Counted from the first letter of the stretch, positions 48,401 through 58,646 are shown. The stretch is 64,000 nt of DNA from a bacterium (GCA_965207065.1 OZ242260.1:3296001-3360000); one strand, 5' to 3'. The notes: a model not told the origin generated them from the letters alone. A program made the numbers and translations.

Positions 48401-49612
48401 CAGGTGGATGAAGAGGTGATAGAAATTCGGATTCCGATGCTCAAGACAATTAATATCAGCAAACCGAATCCAGAACCCGACGTTATTCTTCGAAACTTGA
48501 GCACAACACTGGATCGTTCGTCAATCTTGCGCGGAGAGATACGGTCGTCAAGCGTTCTGATCAAAAAATTAAACCTCCGATACGTGCGACATGAAAAGGG
48601 ACAGACGAATTTCGACTCTTTGCTCAAGACTGCGAAAGCGGCTGAGAAACGAACTCGGCGAGGTGATGGCCGAGAAAAAATGGCAACATCAGACAGGGAA
48701 ACCACATCCAAGCAACTCCAGAAGACCGGGAAAAATGAGAATGGGTCACTTTTCCCGGCGGTCAACATCGCGAAATTCGAAGTAGCCAGGATGAAATTTC
48801 ACTTTCAGGATTTTATCGCTGCGGACAAACCGCCCGTAGTTTTGAGGATTCCAGACGCCAGGCTTTCGATAAGAAACCTAGATACGTTGATGGCTCCGAA
48901 CTTACGGAAAACGCACCTGGAGTATAGAACACTCGGAAAATCTCCATCGCTCCTCGTGAAGGCGAACCTGAATCCCGCTTCGGCGCCCCCTGATGCGGAT
49001 GGAATTTTCAACCTCTCGCATTTCGACCTGCGCAAAATTTCTCCTTATATCCGAGACAGCAAAGGAGAGAGTGCAAGCGCCTTGTTGATGAGAGGGAGCG
49101 AGATCACGAGAGGCGCGCTGGAGTTCAAGTCCACATATTCGTTGAGAAAGAGCCAATTGAATTTAGACGGGAAGGCGAAACTAATCGGATTGCGCATGAA
49201 ACCAGACGAGACGTTTCCCTTGGTCGACATCGTGGTGAAATTGCTCCGTGAGACGGTGTTCCGTCTTTTCGAGAGGCCGGACGATACGATTGAATTGAAC
49301 GTTCGGGTAACCGGGCGTTTGGATGACCCCGAGTTTCATGTTCTGGACGCGATTGTGGAGCCCTTGTTTGTGAACCTGTTCGAGAAGGCGCTGAACCTGG
49401 GAGGCAATGTAAAGGATATCGTAACAGGTATTCTCGATACCGCCATTGAGGGGGTGCAAAAAATAGTACCGACGCCGGAGGATGGACGAACAGCGCCCGA
49501 CAATAGTTCTGGAAAAGAACCTGGGGGAGAAGGAAGTAAACTCGAGCAGTTTGGGAAAAAACTCGAAAAAACCTTGCAAAAAGGACTCCGCGGCTTATTC
49601 GGCGTCAAGTAA
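45500..49612 (+). CDS. AsmA-like/DUF748 large periplasmic protein
   Basis: N-terminal anchor, R...GRFNFQD, beta-rich internal repeats, C-terminal VTGRLDDPEF. Confidence 0.75.
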   Translation: MYRFLKWAVWCAGLFFVFVIVVIIAVQIFLSSDEIIRIAEREGQKILGRKVSIERLNVGLFKIEASGIVIDGQTKKSGVKGNAPFVRFDDVEILLNPSTLIYKRISILQFTIKSASARVHRDAHGRFNFQDIIDNLNQGTSKAASARGGNTFSFIKSAEAAESVSQGSESEFSFIIHELDLYDVKAELRFDTGDATLAIDGSCSFAHIEVDKITSGKPLDVFLDGKCRRPDGQQLIELKGNARVDMKGPSYRASFEVPLLDSSVLPVVAPTIPGYRFRQGIFSGKLKFDYVADKPVAWDIDLNGQNIFADYQLYQRVNLRKLALPKLKLKTKGRFNPLDGSARIETFFFETTFLDSKLTKPFLWNVSARDEVHAEVNIRDMREVGSWISQIMDIPLPSLKESATAQILVSAKRDRRISDDFSRIELDSRFDPVDLAQFSGFFPSVENVERPKGIVGGKARVVFVYGERVQWDVALETRDFGASVRVNKGKQWETLELGSGILHTRGKFDMKNGSADVNALEIKLPFATAKLERPAKWNVDGNDEAAFSIDVRDFSSASVLLEQLGLVSLEGIPRDAKIRFHTAVSRNRTIPSAFRVDTKARFESLPAAPLFDLVPLPGYVQHATGWLSGELQVASTPEGALRWEADIVGKKLRARTRIIAKEQWQDVALESLRIQSSGSYLASEDSSEIQTLDLKLPFARVYLDRVAMWNQRSQDKFSLTLDVTDLSAAKVWLGELIERPIKAGPKNKKLKISLSGTRNRKDGPGFSFNGSASFDPVQVSPWMPFVSLPTAFRNPTGEIAGKIGFSYIPEKKANWNLVLTSEDMRGEFLALMSRNWRPLRTGKFRVETVGSYDFRNQTGTLHNLNLNMPFGHVQTSRPAIWSTNGFHSGRFQWTLSSLGGAARFAGNILGAPISKFSMIGSANGSMEISRGGKKTQSTSTKWSFSANLSSLAHFAYPNLNVAGSFSGQVDEEVIEIRIPMLKTINISKPNPEPDVILRNLSTTLDRSSILRGEIRSSSVLIKKLNLRYVRHEKGQTNFDSLLKTAKAAEKRTRRGDGREKMATSDRETTSKQLQKTGKNENGSLFPAVNIAKFEVARMKFHFQDFIAADKPPVVLRIPDARLSIRNLDTLMAPNLRKTHLEYRTLGKSPSLLVKANLNPASAPPDADGIFNLSHFDLRKISPYIRDSKGESASALLMRGSEITRGALEFKSTYSLRKSQLNLDGKAKLIGLRMKPDETFPLVDIVVKLLRETVFRLFERPDDTIELNVRVTGRLDDPEFHVLDAIVEPLFVNLFEKALNLGGNVKDIVTGILDTAIEGVQKIVPTPEDGRTAPDNSSGKEPGGEGSKLEQFGKKLEKTLQKGLRGLFGVK

Positions 49613-50095
49613 TTCAACGAGAAGATCCCTTTTTGAGGCGCAGTGTATTGTGAGAATGCCCTTATCAACAAAAAATGAAGGAGAGTTGAACCGTCAGGCG
49701 CCAAACATTTTTGGAGTCGGGAGTGGGGGTGTGGAGAGCGCGTATTCGGTTTGAGCACCGTTAGATGCTGCGCTTGGTTGGAAAATGGACAATGCGCTTT
49801 TGATGTCTTGGCATATACTAAAGTGGATACAAATAGTATCTGCTGGCACGGGTTAACAGATAATACGCTTACCTTACCTGCTTTCCATTCTTAGCTTGTA
49901 GTTACTTCGGCATGGAGCATGAACGCCAGCCATGTCACTCAACTTTGCCATGATGATGACTATATTTTAGTGAGTTTGATTAACCTCAAACTTTTCTTGC
50001 ATTTCCCGCCTTAATTTGATAGTGTTTCTAGGTATTCCTCTGCCCGAGGACACATATCCCATTCTGTAAGTGGGTGGGAAAATAGGATTCAGTTT

Positions 50096-53077
50096 ATGCC
50101 TACTCGTCGCTCGGGTATCCAAGCCGGACCTTTCCCGGTTTCCCAAAGAACCAATGAGATTATAGGTTTATCCTTAGTTGGTTTTGCTGTTTTTCTTGCG
50201 ATATCGCTTTGGACTTTTGATTCCGGCGATCCGACTTGGGGTTCATACGTCACTCAAAAATGGCGGATTCGAAATTATGGGGGAGCCGTAGGCGCATATG
50301 CCGCAGGTGCATTGGTCCAGGCGGTGGGTGCATTCTCGGTATTGATGCCCATCGGATTCCTTGTTTGGGGCGTAACCGCGTTTGCAGGTTTACGTTCATG
50401 GCGGCCAGGTTGGCGCGAACTGGTTGGCTTGTTCTTTCTTTTGAGCGCCTCGGGATTATTTTACAAGGCATTTACAACCGATCCTCTTTTTGGGGCTACG
50501 ACATTGGCCGGTGGAATTGTCGGCTATGGTGTCGTGATGTTGCTGAACGCTTATCTGGGTAATGCGGGCAGTTGGGTTTTGCTTGGATCCGTATTGCTGG
50601 CTTCGTTTGTAGGCATAACGGGTTTCTCATTCAAAAAGATGATATTAGGGCTGGCGATTGCGCATTGGTGGTTCTTTTCGCGCATTTTTTCAGTTTTCAA
50701 AAGGACGGTACTCGGAGCGGTAAGGGGCGCAGTATTCTCGACCCGAAAATTGTGTTCCGCAATCGCAGGTCTTCCGTCATCTCTGCGTAAGAGGGAGATG
50801 TATATCGGGTATGCCGAGACAATAGCCGGCAGTGAGGACGCAGGAACGGGATCTTTCGTGCAGGATGGCATGGACGGCGGGGATCCGCGGCGGCACCTCA
50901 TGCAAAAAGATGCTGATGACTCAATTTTGGAACCGAAAGGAACTTACCGGTCAAATCAAAAAAATGGCAGGCATGTTTTTCGACCATCGGAACAAAATGG
51001 CCCTTCGCTTTTTGGAGGAGAGAAATTTCCAGAGCCAAGCTTGCCTGCGCTTCGCGGCCCGGCGGCCGGCGAGGAGGAAGTCGAACTCGCGGAAAGTCCG
51101 AAAAGCCATTTCAACGAAACAATGCCTGGCTCGGTGCTGGATAAGCTTCTCCAAGATGATGGAGATATACCCCCAACCGGCGATGGAGCGCATATTGGCT
51201 TGCCTTCGAATGTGGTGGAAGAGCATACGCCGATGACGGGTATGAATATCAATGATGAAGTAAAACATGTGGGTGCCGCAAGAAAATCGGTAACTGGCGG
51301 GCTTCGTATTAAACGGAAGAAAAATCTTGATGGCAATTGCGGAATATCGCCCGCTCCGCAGGGCGAGTCTCCCGCGATTGAGGAGTCTACGGCCGCGCAT
51401 CCCGATTCACTTTCGACTCGTGTTGAAGGTTCGATGAAAAGTGGAGAATCAGAAGAGAATATAAAAGTTCGACATGCGGGAACTGTTGGCGAGTCGGATG
51501 CTGTACAGATTCAAGACCATTCTCTGGTCCGCTCCAATTCGCAGACGGAAAATCGGAACAAGCAGCAAGGAACCTCTGAACCGAAGACAGAATACGTTCT
51601 TCCATCGTTAGAAATTTTTGCGGACCCACCTTCCGGCGGACTGATAGTAGACGAAGCTGGTATTCGCGAAAAGTCCTTGCTTCTTGAACAAACGCTGAAA
51701 GAATTCGGCGTCATCGGAACAGTGAGGGAAGTAAAGACAGGCCCGGTCATTACAAGTTTCGAGTATGACCCGGCCGCAGGAATCAAGGTTTCCAAGATTT
51801 CCGGCCTCGCGGACGATCTCGCCCGGGCATTGTCCGCATTAAGTGTACGCATTGTTGCGCCGATCCCTGGAAAATCGGTTGTAGGCATCGAGGTGCCCAA
51901 TCTCAAGCGTGATGCTGTATTTGCGAAGGAAGTGCTCTCCTCACAAGAATTCAAGCACGCCGAAGATAAACTCACCATGGGCTTGGGTAAGGATATTTTA
52001 GGAAGAACGGCGTTTACTGATTTGGCCAAGATCCCCCATCTCTTGATTGCGGGGACGACTGGTGCAGGAAAAAGCGTTGCCCTGAACATGATGATATGTA
52101 GTCTCTTGGCCAGATGTACGCCAAGAGAGGTTCGCTTTTTGATGATCGATCCCAAAATGCTGGAACTGTCGATATATGGAGGCATCCCTCATCAACTTGT
52201 GCCTGTCGTGACTGAACCCAAGAAAGCATCGGCAGGGCTAAGGGGTGTCTTGGCGGAGATGGAACGGCGCTACAAGATAATGAGTGAAGCGGGAGTGAGG
52301 AATATCCAAAGCTACAATGCCTCCGTGGCGCAGCAATTGGGTGAGCGAGAGGCGATTAGAAGATGGAAAGAACCTCTGTCCGAAAAGGAATATTCTCTTG
52401 ATTTTCTTCCTTATATCGTTGTTGTGATTGATGAGTTGGCCGATCTCATGATGGTCGCGCCACGTGAAGTGGAAGAGTCAATGACGCGCTTGGCCCAAAT
52501 GGCCCGCGCTTCAGGGATCCATTTGCTGGTGGCGACCCAGCGTCCTTCTGTGGATGTTCTCACGGGTCTCATCAAAGCGAATTTTCCGTCGAGAATGGCG
52601 CTCCGCGTCGCTACTCGAACGGACTCGCGAACCATCCTGGATTCGAATGGAGCGGAGCGCTTGTTGGGTAAAGGGGATATGCTTTTTGTTCCTCCCGGGT
52701 CCAGCGTGCCAGTTCGCATCCATGGCGCGTATGTTTCTGACTGTGAGATTTCTCAACTCGTTGCGCACTGGAAATCCCAGGGGGAAGCGGTGTTCCGTGA
52801 GGATTGGTTCGTGGAGGAGGAGAACTCATCTCAAGATGGGGTAAGTGGTGATGAAGAGTATGACGAGCGATATGATGATGCGATTGCGCTTGTCTCCAGG
52901 ACGAGCGAGGCATCCATTTCTCTCATCCAGAGACATTTGAGGATTGGGTACAACAGGGCTGCGCGCATGATCGAACGTATGGAGCAAGATGGAATCATCG
53001 GCCCGGCAGATGGCGTGAAACGAAGACAGGTATTGATTAGCGAGATACCGGGCGAAGAACAGGTAGAAGCGTCCTGA
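50096..53077 (+). CDS. ftsK: DNA translocase FtsK
   Basis: N-terminal TM domain, APIPGKS.VGIEVPN, HLLIAGTTGAGKS, DELADLMM, ATQRPSVD, gamma domain IGYNRAAR. Confidence 0.97.
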   Translation: MPTRRSGIQAGPFPVSQRTNEIIGLSLVGFAVFLAISLWTFDSGDPTWGSYVTQKWRIRNYGGAVGAYAAGALVQAVGAFSVLMPIGFLVWGVTAFAGLRSWRPGWRELVGLFFLLSASGLFYKAFTTDPLFGATTLAGGIVGYGVVMLLNAYLGNAGSWVLLGSVLLASFVGITGFSFKKMILGLAIAHWWFFSRIFSVFKRTVLGAVRGAVFSTRKLCSAIAGLPSSLRKREMYIGYAETIAGSEDAGTGSFVQDGMDGGDPRRHLMQKDADDSILEPKGTYRSNQKNGRHVFRPSEQNGPSLFGGEKFPEPSLPALRGPAAGEEEVELAESPKSHFNETMPGSVLDKLLQDDGDIPPTGDGAHIGLPSNVVEEHTPMTGMNINDEVKHVGAARKSVTGGLRIKRKKNLDGNCGISPAPQGESPAIEESTAAHPDSLSTRVEGSMKSGESEENIKVRHAGTVGESDAVQIQDHSLVRSNSQTENRNKQQGTSEPKTEYVLPSLEIFADPPSGGLIVDEAGIREKSLLLEQTLKEFGVIGTVREVKTGPVITSFEYDPAAGIKVSKISGLADDLARALSALSVRIVAPIPGKSVVGIEVPNLKRDAVFAKEVLSSQEFKHAEDKLTMGLGKDILGRTAFTDLAKIPHLLIAGTTGAGKSVALNMMICSLLARCTPREVRFLMIDPKMLELSIYGGIPHQLVPVVTEPKKASAGLRGVLAEMERRYKIMSEAGVRNIQSYNASVAQQLGEREAIRRWKEPLSEKEYSLDFLPYIVVVIDELADLMMVAPREVEESMTRLAQMARASGIHLLVATQRPSVDVLTGLIKANFPSRMALRVATRTDSRTILDSNGAERLLGKGDMLFVPPGSSVPVRIHGAYVSDCEISQLVAHWKSQGEAVFREDWFVEEENSSQDGVSGDEEYDERYDDAIALVSRTSEASISLIQRHLRIGYNRAARMIERMEQDGIIGPADGVKRRQVLISEIPGEEQVEAS

Positions 53078-53330
53078 GTTTTCTCATGCGCCCCGTGTGC
53101 ATATTGCTGTTTGCTTCATTGTGTGGCAAGGCGATCTGGGTCTGGGTCGCGAATCCCCCAACGTCCGACAAGTTGTGTGCGTGGTGTTGACTCCGTTTAG
53201 CCAATAAGGAATGATATTCCACGCTTTTCATCGAATAGTCATGCCCGCCTGAGACAAATAGTTCTTGGCATGCTTTTAGATACTCATCAATTATTCCAGC
53301 CAGTTGGAATCTGCTCCCGGAGGAAATGAA

Positions 53331-53657
53331 ATGGCGGAAGGTGTTTTCGAGTTTACTGACCAGAACTTCGATACGGATGTGATCGGCTCAGATACTCCCA
53401 CATTAGTCGATTTTTGGGCAGAATGGTGCGCTCCTTGCAAAATGATAGCGCCTACTGTTGAAGCGCTTGCCCAGGAATACGAAGGGAAAGTGCGCATCGG
53501 GAAGTTGAATATAGATGAGAATCCATCGATTCCCACGAAATTCGGAATCCGCGGTATCCCGACATTGATGTTGTTCAAGGGAGGCGAGGTAGTAGAGCAA
53601 GTCGTAGGAGTTAAATCCAAAGCCGACCTGAAGGCCACCATAGATCGTGCTCTTTAG
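53331..53657 (+). CDS. trxA: Thioredoxin
   Basis: DFWAEWCAPC, GIPTL; GGAGG RBS. Confidence 0.96.
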   Translation: MAEGVFEFTDQNFDTDVIGSDTPTLVDFWAEWCAPCKMIAPTVEALAQEYEGKVRIGKLNIDENPSIPTKFGIRGIPTLMLFKGGEVVEQVVGVKSKADLKATIDRAL

Positions 53658-53700
53658 GTCTCAAATCTAAAGCTTGCTGACTGTTTAGGAAACCCTCTAC

Positions 53701-54483
53701 TTGTCTTGGTTGCGTTCAGGTGCTCTGAGTTTATCCGATTATAAAATCGCTTATTGTGAGGCGGGCCCCCCGGTTTCAGGTAGCGTAGTCGTGTGTGTTC
53801 ATGGAGCTGGGGCGAATCGGGATAGCTGGATTCCTTTGATGCGGAATTTGGCGGAACGGGGAGTGAGCAGCCTGGCCCTGGAGTTGCCCGGTCACGGTGA
53901 ATCTGATGCGGCACAAATCTCGGATATCAAAGAATACAGCGGCATTGTTCTTGAATTCTTACATGCCAAGAATTTGAAATCGGTTTGTCTGACTGGGCAC
54001 TCAATGGGGGGCGCCGTAGTTCTTGCAAGTGTTTTGAAGCATGCCAAGTTAATGAGAGGTGTGATTCTTATTGGCTCTGGCGCAAAACTGAGGGTGAAAG
54101 ATTCTATTTTAGAGGGCGTGAAAAGCGATTTTGCAAAAACTGTGCATGAAATCATTGGTTATGCTTTTTCCCCGGCAGCGAACCCATCTCTAATCCAAGA
54201 AGGTACTCGTGGCCTGTTACGATGCAATGCGGATACCATGCTCAATGACTTCATAGCGTGCGATCGATTCGATGTGCTTTCCGAACTGGATTCAATTGCT
54301 ACGCCCGCCCTGGTCGTGTGTGGGGAAGAAGACCTTTTAACGCCCCCGAAATATTCGCAATTTATGTCTGAGAAGATTCCAAATGCGAAATTAACCATTG
54401 TCCCACAGGCAGGTCACATGGTAATGCTGGAGCAACCGGCTGTGGTCGGGGATTTGATATCGCAATTCATGAATGGGTCATAA
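53701..54483 (+). CDS. Alpha/beta hydrolase
   Basis: HGAG, LPGHG.S, GHSMGG nucleophile elbow, D..TP, AGH; start uncertain. Confidence 0.9.
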   Translation: MSWLRSGALSLSDYKIAYCEAGPPVSGSVVVCVHGAGANRDSWIPLMRNLAERGVSSLALELPGHGESDAAQISDIKEYSGIVLEFLHAKNLKSVCLTGHSMGGAVVLASVLKHAKLMRGVILIGSGAKLRVKDSILEGVKSDFAKTVHEIIGYAFSPAANPSLIQEGTRGLLRCNADTMLNDFIACDRFDVLSELDSIATPALVVCGEEDLLTPPKYSQFMSEKIPNAKLTIVPQAGHMVMLEQPAVVGDLISQFMNGS

Positions 54484-54534
54484 AAACCTTTCAATTTCAA
54501 AGAAACACTACACCTGCGCCTAGTTCCTAGAAGC

Positions 54535-55395
54535 ATGAAAATTCCCGTTTATTTCTATTTGTTCTTTGGCGTCATCGCCTTGGGATGCTCCGCCATACTC
54601 ATACGATTGGCTGATGCCGAACCCTTGGCGATAGCAGCGTATCGCATGGGAGGCGGCGCTTTACTCCTGCTGCCGTTTACAAGGCACAATGTGATGGAGA
54701 TATGGGGTGCCTTATCGTTAAAAGAGAAGATTATTTGGGCGGGTTCCGGTATTTTTTTGGCGTTTCATTTTGCGTTTTGGATAGAGTCGCTGTCGCATAC
54801 GTCCGTAGCCAGTTCCGTCGTGCTTGCAACGACAAACCCCATATTTGCAGGTATTGGTGGTGTCGTGCTTTTAGGAGAAAAAGAAGGGCGGAATTTCTGG
54901 TTGGGTGTGTTGTTGGCTATTGTAGGCAGCTCAGTTTTGGCGTATTCCGACTTTGTGGGATGGGAAGGGAGTTTCTGGGGGAATTCTCTCGCGTTGTCCG
55001 CGGCGGTGATGGCCTCCGCTTATATGCTGTGCGGTCGCAAGCTTAGAATGAGAATTCCCGTAGCGGCATACGTTACAGGTTGTTATGGATTCAGCGGGGT
55101 TTTGCTATTCGGCACGGCTTTAATTTTGGAGCAACCTCTCGCCGGATACTCCAATGATACCTGGCTTCTTTTGCTGGCCATGATACTCATTCCCACCTTG
55201 ATCGGTCATACTTCCATAAATTATGCCTTGGGTCATCTGCACCCAGGAAAAGTGGCGCTTGCCGTTGTGGGAGAGCCATTGGTGGCTACGGCATTGGCCT
55301 GGTGGCTGCTTCAGGAAGTTCCTACGTCGAGTCGACTGTTCGCTTGTTCAATCATATTGATGGGCATCGTCTTAGGCGGAAGGTCAAAAAGTTAA
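54535..55395 (+). CDS. DMT/EamA family transporter
   Basis: HFAFWIESL.HTSVASS, GHT..N.AL, GEP. Confidence 0.9.
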   Translation: MKIPVYFYLFFGVIALGCSAILIRLADAEPLAIAAYRMGGGALLLLPFTRHNVMEIWGALSLKEKIIWAGSGIFLAFHFAFWIESLSHTSVASSVVLATTNPIFAGIGGVVLLGEKEGRNFWLGVLLAIVGSSVLAYSDFVGWEGSFWGNSLALSAAVMASAYMLCGRKLRMRIPVAAYVTGCYGFSGVLLFGTALILEQPLAGYSNDTWLLLLAMILIPTLIGHTSINYALGHLHPGKVALAVVGEPLVATALAWWLLQEVPTSSRLFACSIILMGIVLGGRSKS

Positions 55396-55595
55396 CATTT
55401 CTGGTGTTTAGATGTATTTTCGTTGTATTTTCAAATTGCAGAAAAGAATATGCAGAAATGTGCGATTTATGAGTTATGAGAAAGAACACTAATAGCGTCT
55501 ATCCTGCTTCATGGACATGAGCTTCTCATTCCTCTTGCGAAAGCGAGGGTTCAATCCAACAATTTTTCCGGAAGTACCGGGTAAGGCGATAAAAA

Positions 55596-56126
55596 ATGAC
55601 TTCGAGCGTCAGATTATGCGTCTTGTCGGATACCCATGGTCGTCTCACTCGAGACGTGCTCGAATTTTGCCATGGTGCAGACCGTATCCTGCATGCCGGC
55701 GATGTGGGTTCTGACTTCATTCTGCCGGAACTAGAGTGCATCGCTCCCGTCGCCTGTGTTTCGGGAAATGTGGATTCGCCCTCTTTGGCACCAATACGGC
55801 TTCAAACTGTCATAGCAGACTGGAACATTATGATTCAGCATATCGTCTGGCACCGTGGAGGGCCGTCCCGGGAATTCAAGATGCTTTTAGAACAGGAAGC
55901 AATGGATTTGGTGATTTTCGGTCATAGTCACCAACCACTTTGCCAAATGATCGGCAAGACCGTATTTTTCAATCCTGGCAGTTGCGGTCCAAGGAGATTC
56001 AATCTCCCCAGCACGATTGGCGAGATGATTCTGGATACTTCCGGTGGATGGTTTCGAATCTGCGATCTCGTACATTTTCAAAAAGCGCCGCCTATCATCG
56101 AATTTCGCTTTGAACGACCCTGCTAA
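55596..56126 (+). CDS. Metallophosphoesterase (YfcE/MJ0936-like)
   Basis: SDTH, HAGD, GNVD, GHSH, NPGS. Confidence 0.92.
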   Translation: MTSSVRLCVLSDTHGRLTRDVLEFCHGADRILHAGDVGSDFILPELECIAPVACVSGNVDSPSLAPIRLQTVIADWNIMIQHIVWHRGGPSREFKMLLEQEAMDLVIFGHSHQPLCQMIGKTVFFNPGSCGPRRFNLPSTIGEMILDTSGGWFRICDLVHFQKAPPIIEFRFERPC

Positions 56127-56246
56127 TCGCATGCAAGTTAACTGTTATTTTTTATTGCGCATGAAACAAGAGTAGGGCTATAGTGTGCGTATGTTGATGT
56201 GGGAATGGCCAAATTGCATTTGTTATTTTGCTCAGGAGGAGTGTAA

Positions 56247-57965
56247 TTGAGAGTCAAGCTGGCGAAGACGGCTGGTTTCTGCTGGGGGGTGGAAAGAGCA
56301 CTCGACATTGCTTTGGACACTGCCAATGACGCATCCAGCGAAGTTCTCACGCATGGGCCACTAATTCATAATCCACAAACGGTGGAATTGCTGGAGCAGA
56401 AAAGCGTTATCGTTTCCGAGCCCCAGGAGACGCCGAGCAGTACGAGTCTAGTCGTCATCCGGGCGCATGGCATCTCGCCCCAAGTTCGTGATCGGTTAAG
56501 GAGTTCAGGTGCCGGTATTAGAGATGCGACTTGCCCCTTGGTTGCTAAAGTACATGGGGTGATTAGAAAACATTCCCGCATGGGTGCCTTCACAGTAATT
56601 ATTGGAGAAGAAGACCATCCGGAGGTGGATGGTCACAAGGGCTATGCGGAGGCAGGCAGCCATTTGATCACGTGTATGGAAGATGTGTCAGGGCTCCCTG
56701 ACATCGGCGACCGCCCCGTCGTGGTGGTCGCGCAGACGACCATCAACATGCGCGAGTGGAAAGATGTGGAAGAAGCGATTTTGCGGAAATATCCCCAGGC
56801 CCAAATGTTTAATACGATTTGTGATGCAACGGAAGTTCGCCAGGAAGAGGTAAAGAAGCTAGCCCCCGATGTAGATCTGATGGTCGTTGTCGGAGGACGC
56901 AACAGCGGCAACACAAACCGATTGATGGAAGTGGCGAAGGAGGGAGGCGCGGATTCGATTCTCGTCGAAACCGAAGATGAGATTGACGAGAAATTCCTGC
57001 AGCAATACAAAAACATCGCCGTAACGGCGGGTGCCTCTACACCGGATTGGATGATCAGGCGCGTTGTCAACCGTATCGAAGCGATTCCCGATCCGAATCC
57101 GAATATCGCTGATAAGCTTTTTGATATTCTCAAGGTGTTGTCGAGAGCGAATGTTCTTCTTTTCTTATCCGCGATATTGGGTAGCATCGCCATCATGAAA
57201 TTGGGTGGATTCCCCCTCTCTATGAAACTCGCTGTGACGGCAGGTCTTTACCTCTTCGCGGCTCACACGATAAATCGTTGTGTCAGCTATGAGGCGGATA
57301 GATACAATGAACCCAATCGGGCTCTTTTCTATGAAAAGCACAAACCCATTCTGTTACTCATGTCCGGGGTCGCCGCCTTGGTATCCATCGCGTTCGGGAT
57401 GAGTATCTCCTACCTGACCGGGGGTATTCTGGTAGCCGGACTGATGTGGGCCATCTTTTGCAGCCTGAAGCTCGAGCCTCGTGCAGTCGTGGGGCGGGTG
57501 CTGAATTTCCCAGCTTTGAAGATTCTTGTTCTCGCGTCGGGCTGGACCTTCAGCTTGGCGGTTTTGCCCGCGCTAGCGAATTCACAAGCGGTTTCCGCAG
57601 GCTGGATGGTGTCGATTTTCTTCGCTTTCGGTTTAATTTTCTTCCGAACCGGCTTGATGGAGTTGAGAGACATTCAAGGCGATAGAATCGTGGGCAAGAG
57701 GACATTGCCGATCGTTTTCGGCAAAGTGCAGACTGAAACGCTTATGGGGGTGATCTGCGCCGCATTGGCTGTCACTCTCGTTAGCGCTTGTGTAAACGAG
57801 TGGGTGACACCGTCGTTTGGCTACTTGATGCTTATTCCGGTTATGTATGCGGGTGCATGTCTATACTGGTATACTCGAAAAATACTGGGTCATAGCGGAC
57901 TCATGGAAGTGGCCGCCGATCAGATATTCATTATTGCAGGAGTTTTGGCCCTTCTGATGGTTTAG
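56247..57965 (+). CDS. ispH: 4-hydroxy-3-methylbut-2-enyl diphosphate reductase fused to a UbiA-like membrane domain
   Basis: GFC.GV, HN, AHG, DATCP.V, HPEV, QTT, ICDAT, SGN, TAGASTP; then about 290 aa hydrophobic with EADRYNEP.R and ELRDIQGD..G..TLP. Confidence 0.93.
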   Translation: MRVKLAKTAGFCWGVERALDIALDTANDASSEVLTHGPLIHNPQTVELLEQKSVIVSEPQETPSSTSLVVIRAHGISPQVRDRLRSSGAGIRDATCPLVAKVHGVIRKHSRMGAFTVIIGEEDHPEVDGHKGYAEAGSHLITCMEDVSGLPDIGDRPVVVVAQTTINMREWKDVEEAILRKYPQAQMFNTICDATEVRQEEVKKLAPDVDLMVVVGGRNSGNTNRLMEVAKEGGADSILVETEDEIDEKFLQQYKNIAVTAGASTPDWMIRRVVNRIEAIPDPNPNIADKLFDILKVLSRANVLLFLSAILGSIAIMKLGGFPLSMKLAVTAGLYLFAAHTINRCVSYEADRYNEPNRALFYEKHKPILLLMSGVAALVSIAFGMSISYLTGGILVAGLMWAIFCSLKLEPRAVVGRVLNFPALKILVLASGWTFSLAVLPALANSQAVSAGWMVSIFFAFGLIFFRTGLMELRDIQGDRIVGKRTLPIVFGKVQTETLMGVICAALAVTLVSACVNEWVTPSFGYLMLIPVMYAGACLYWYTRKILGHSGLMEVAADQIFIIAGVLALLMV

Positions 57966-57976
57966 GAATCATTCAT

Positions 57977-58012
57977 CAACTAAGCCGCGTATTTCAGAGC
58001 GCGGCTTAGTTG
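57977..58012. terminator. Bidirectional terminator-like hairpin
   Basis: CAACTAAGCCGCG/CGCGGCTTAGTTG perfect 13-bp stem between convergent genes. Confidence 0.75.
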
Positions 58013-58048
58013 TGGCGTAAAGCATTCCTCAGTAAATATGTTTGCCCT

Positions 58049-58369
58049 TTAGTTTCCTCGCGCAGCCCGTTTTGAGGCTTTCAGTGGGTTGAGTTTTTTC
58101 TCCAGAGGGGCCTCGAAGTCTACCTTGATATGCGTCGCGAGAGGGCATCTACCGCGTTCCCAACGGTTTTCCGGATTTGGAAATTTGGAGCAGAACTTTC
58201 CTTTTGGAAACTCCAGGACGTGCTCGCATACATTCTCGTCATCGCCTGTAAGGCAATCCTCGACGACGGGGAGGCAGGAACTCCCGTTGTATGAGCATTG
58301 GTTTTGTCCATTGGAGCCTTTCGATGAAAAATGACATTCTACTGGTGCTTCTAATAGCGTGCACTCCAT
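58049..58369 (-). CDS. PxxKW-family cysteine-rich protein
   Basis: Multiple Cys, FPNPENRW..G.CPLATH and C-terminal KLNPLKASKR; AGGAG RBS. Confidence 0.82.
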   Translation of the reverse strand: MECTLLEAPVECHFSSKGSNGQNQCSYNGSSCLPVVEDCLTGDDENVCEHVLEFPKGKFCSKFPNPENRWERGRCPLATHIKVDFEAPLEKKLNPLKASKRAARGN

Positions 58370-58618
58370 TGCTGAAATTCTCCTACGGAATTGAATAAAG
58401 GGCCTTAAAATTAATGGGAATACGAAAGAACCAGCAACGAAGTGTAAGGAAAAGCCCCGTCTCACGCAACCTTCAGGCGGTGCGATTCGAGGAAATTTCC
58501 AGGATTACATGAAAACCTGAAATCGTTCGCCATCCTCATGTAACACCATGGAAACATATTTCGTGTAAATTACCTGTTTGAGTGAACACAGAGAGTAGCT
58601 GTTCATGGGGTTTATTGA

Positions 58619-58646
58619 TTGACGACCAACCATTGCGTGTTATAGT
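58619..58646 (+). promoter_or_regulatory. sigma70-like promoter of glnB
   Basis: TTGACG-N16-TATAGT with an extended -10 TG. Confidence 0.5.

Noticed and set aside
49613-50095. Riboswitch, ncRNA or sigma54 promoter in the long spacer before ftsK
   Set aside because: No recognisable RNA motif; TGGCACG at about 49845 lacks a correctly spaced TTGC; only a weak sigma70-like match at 49997-50025.
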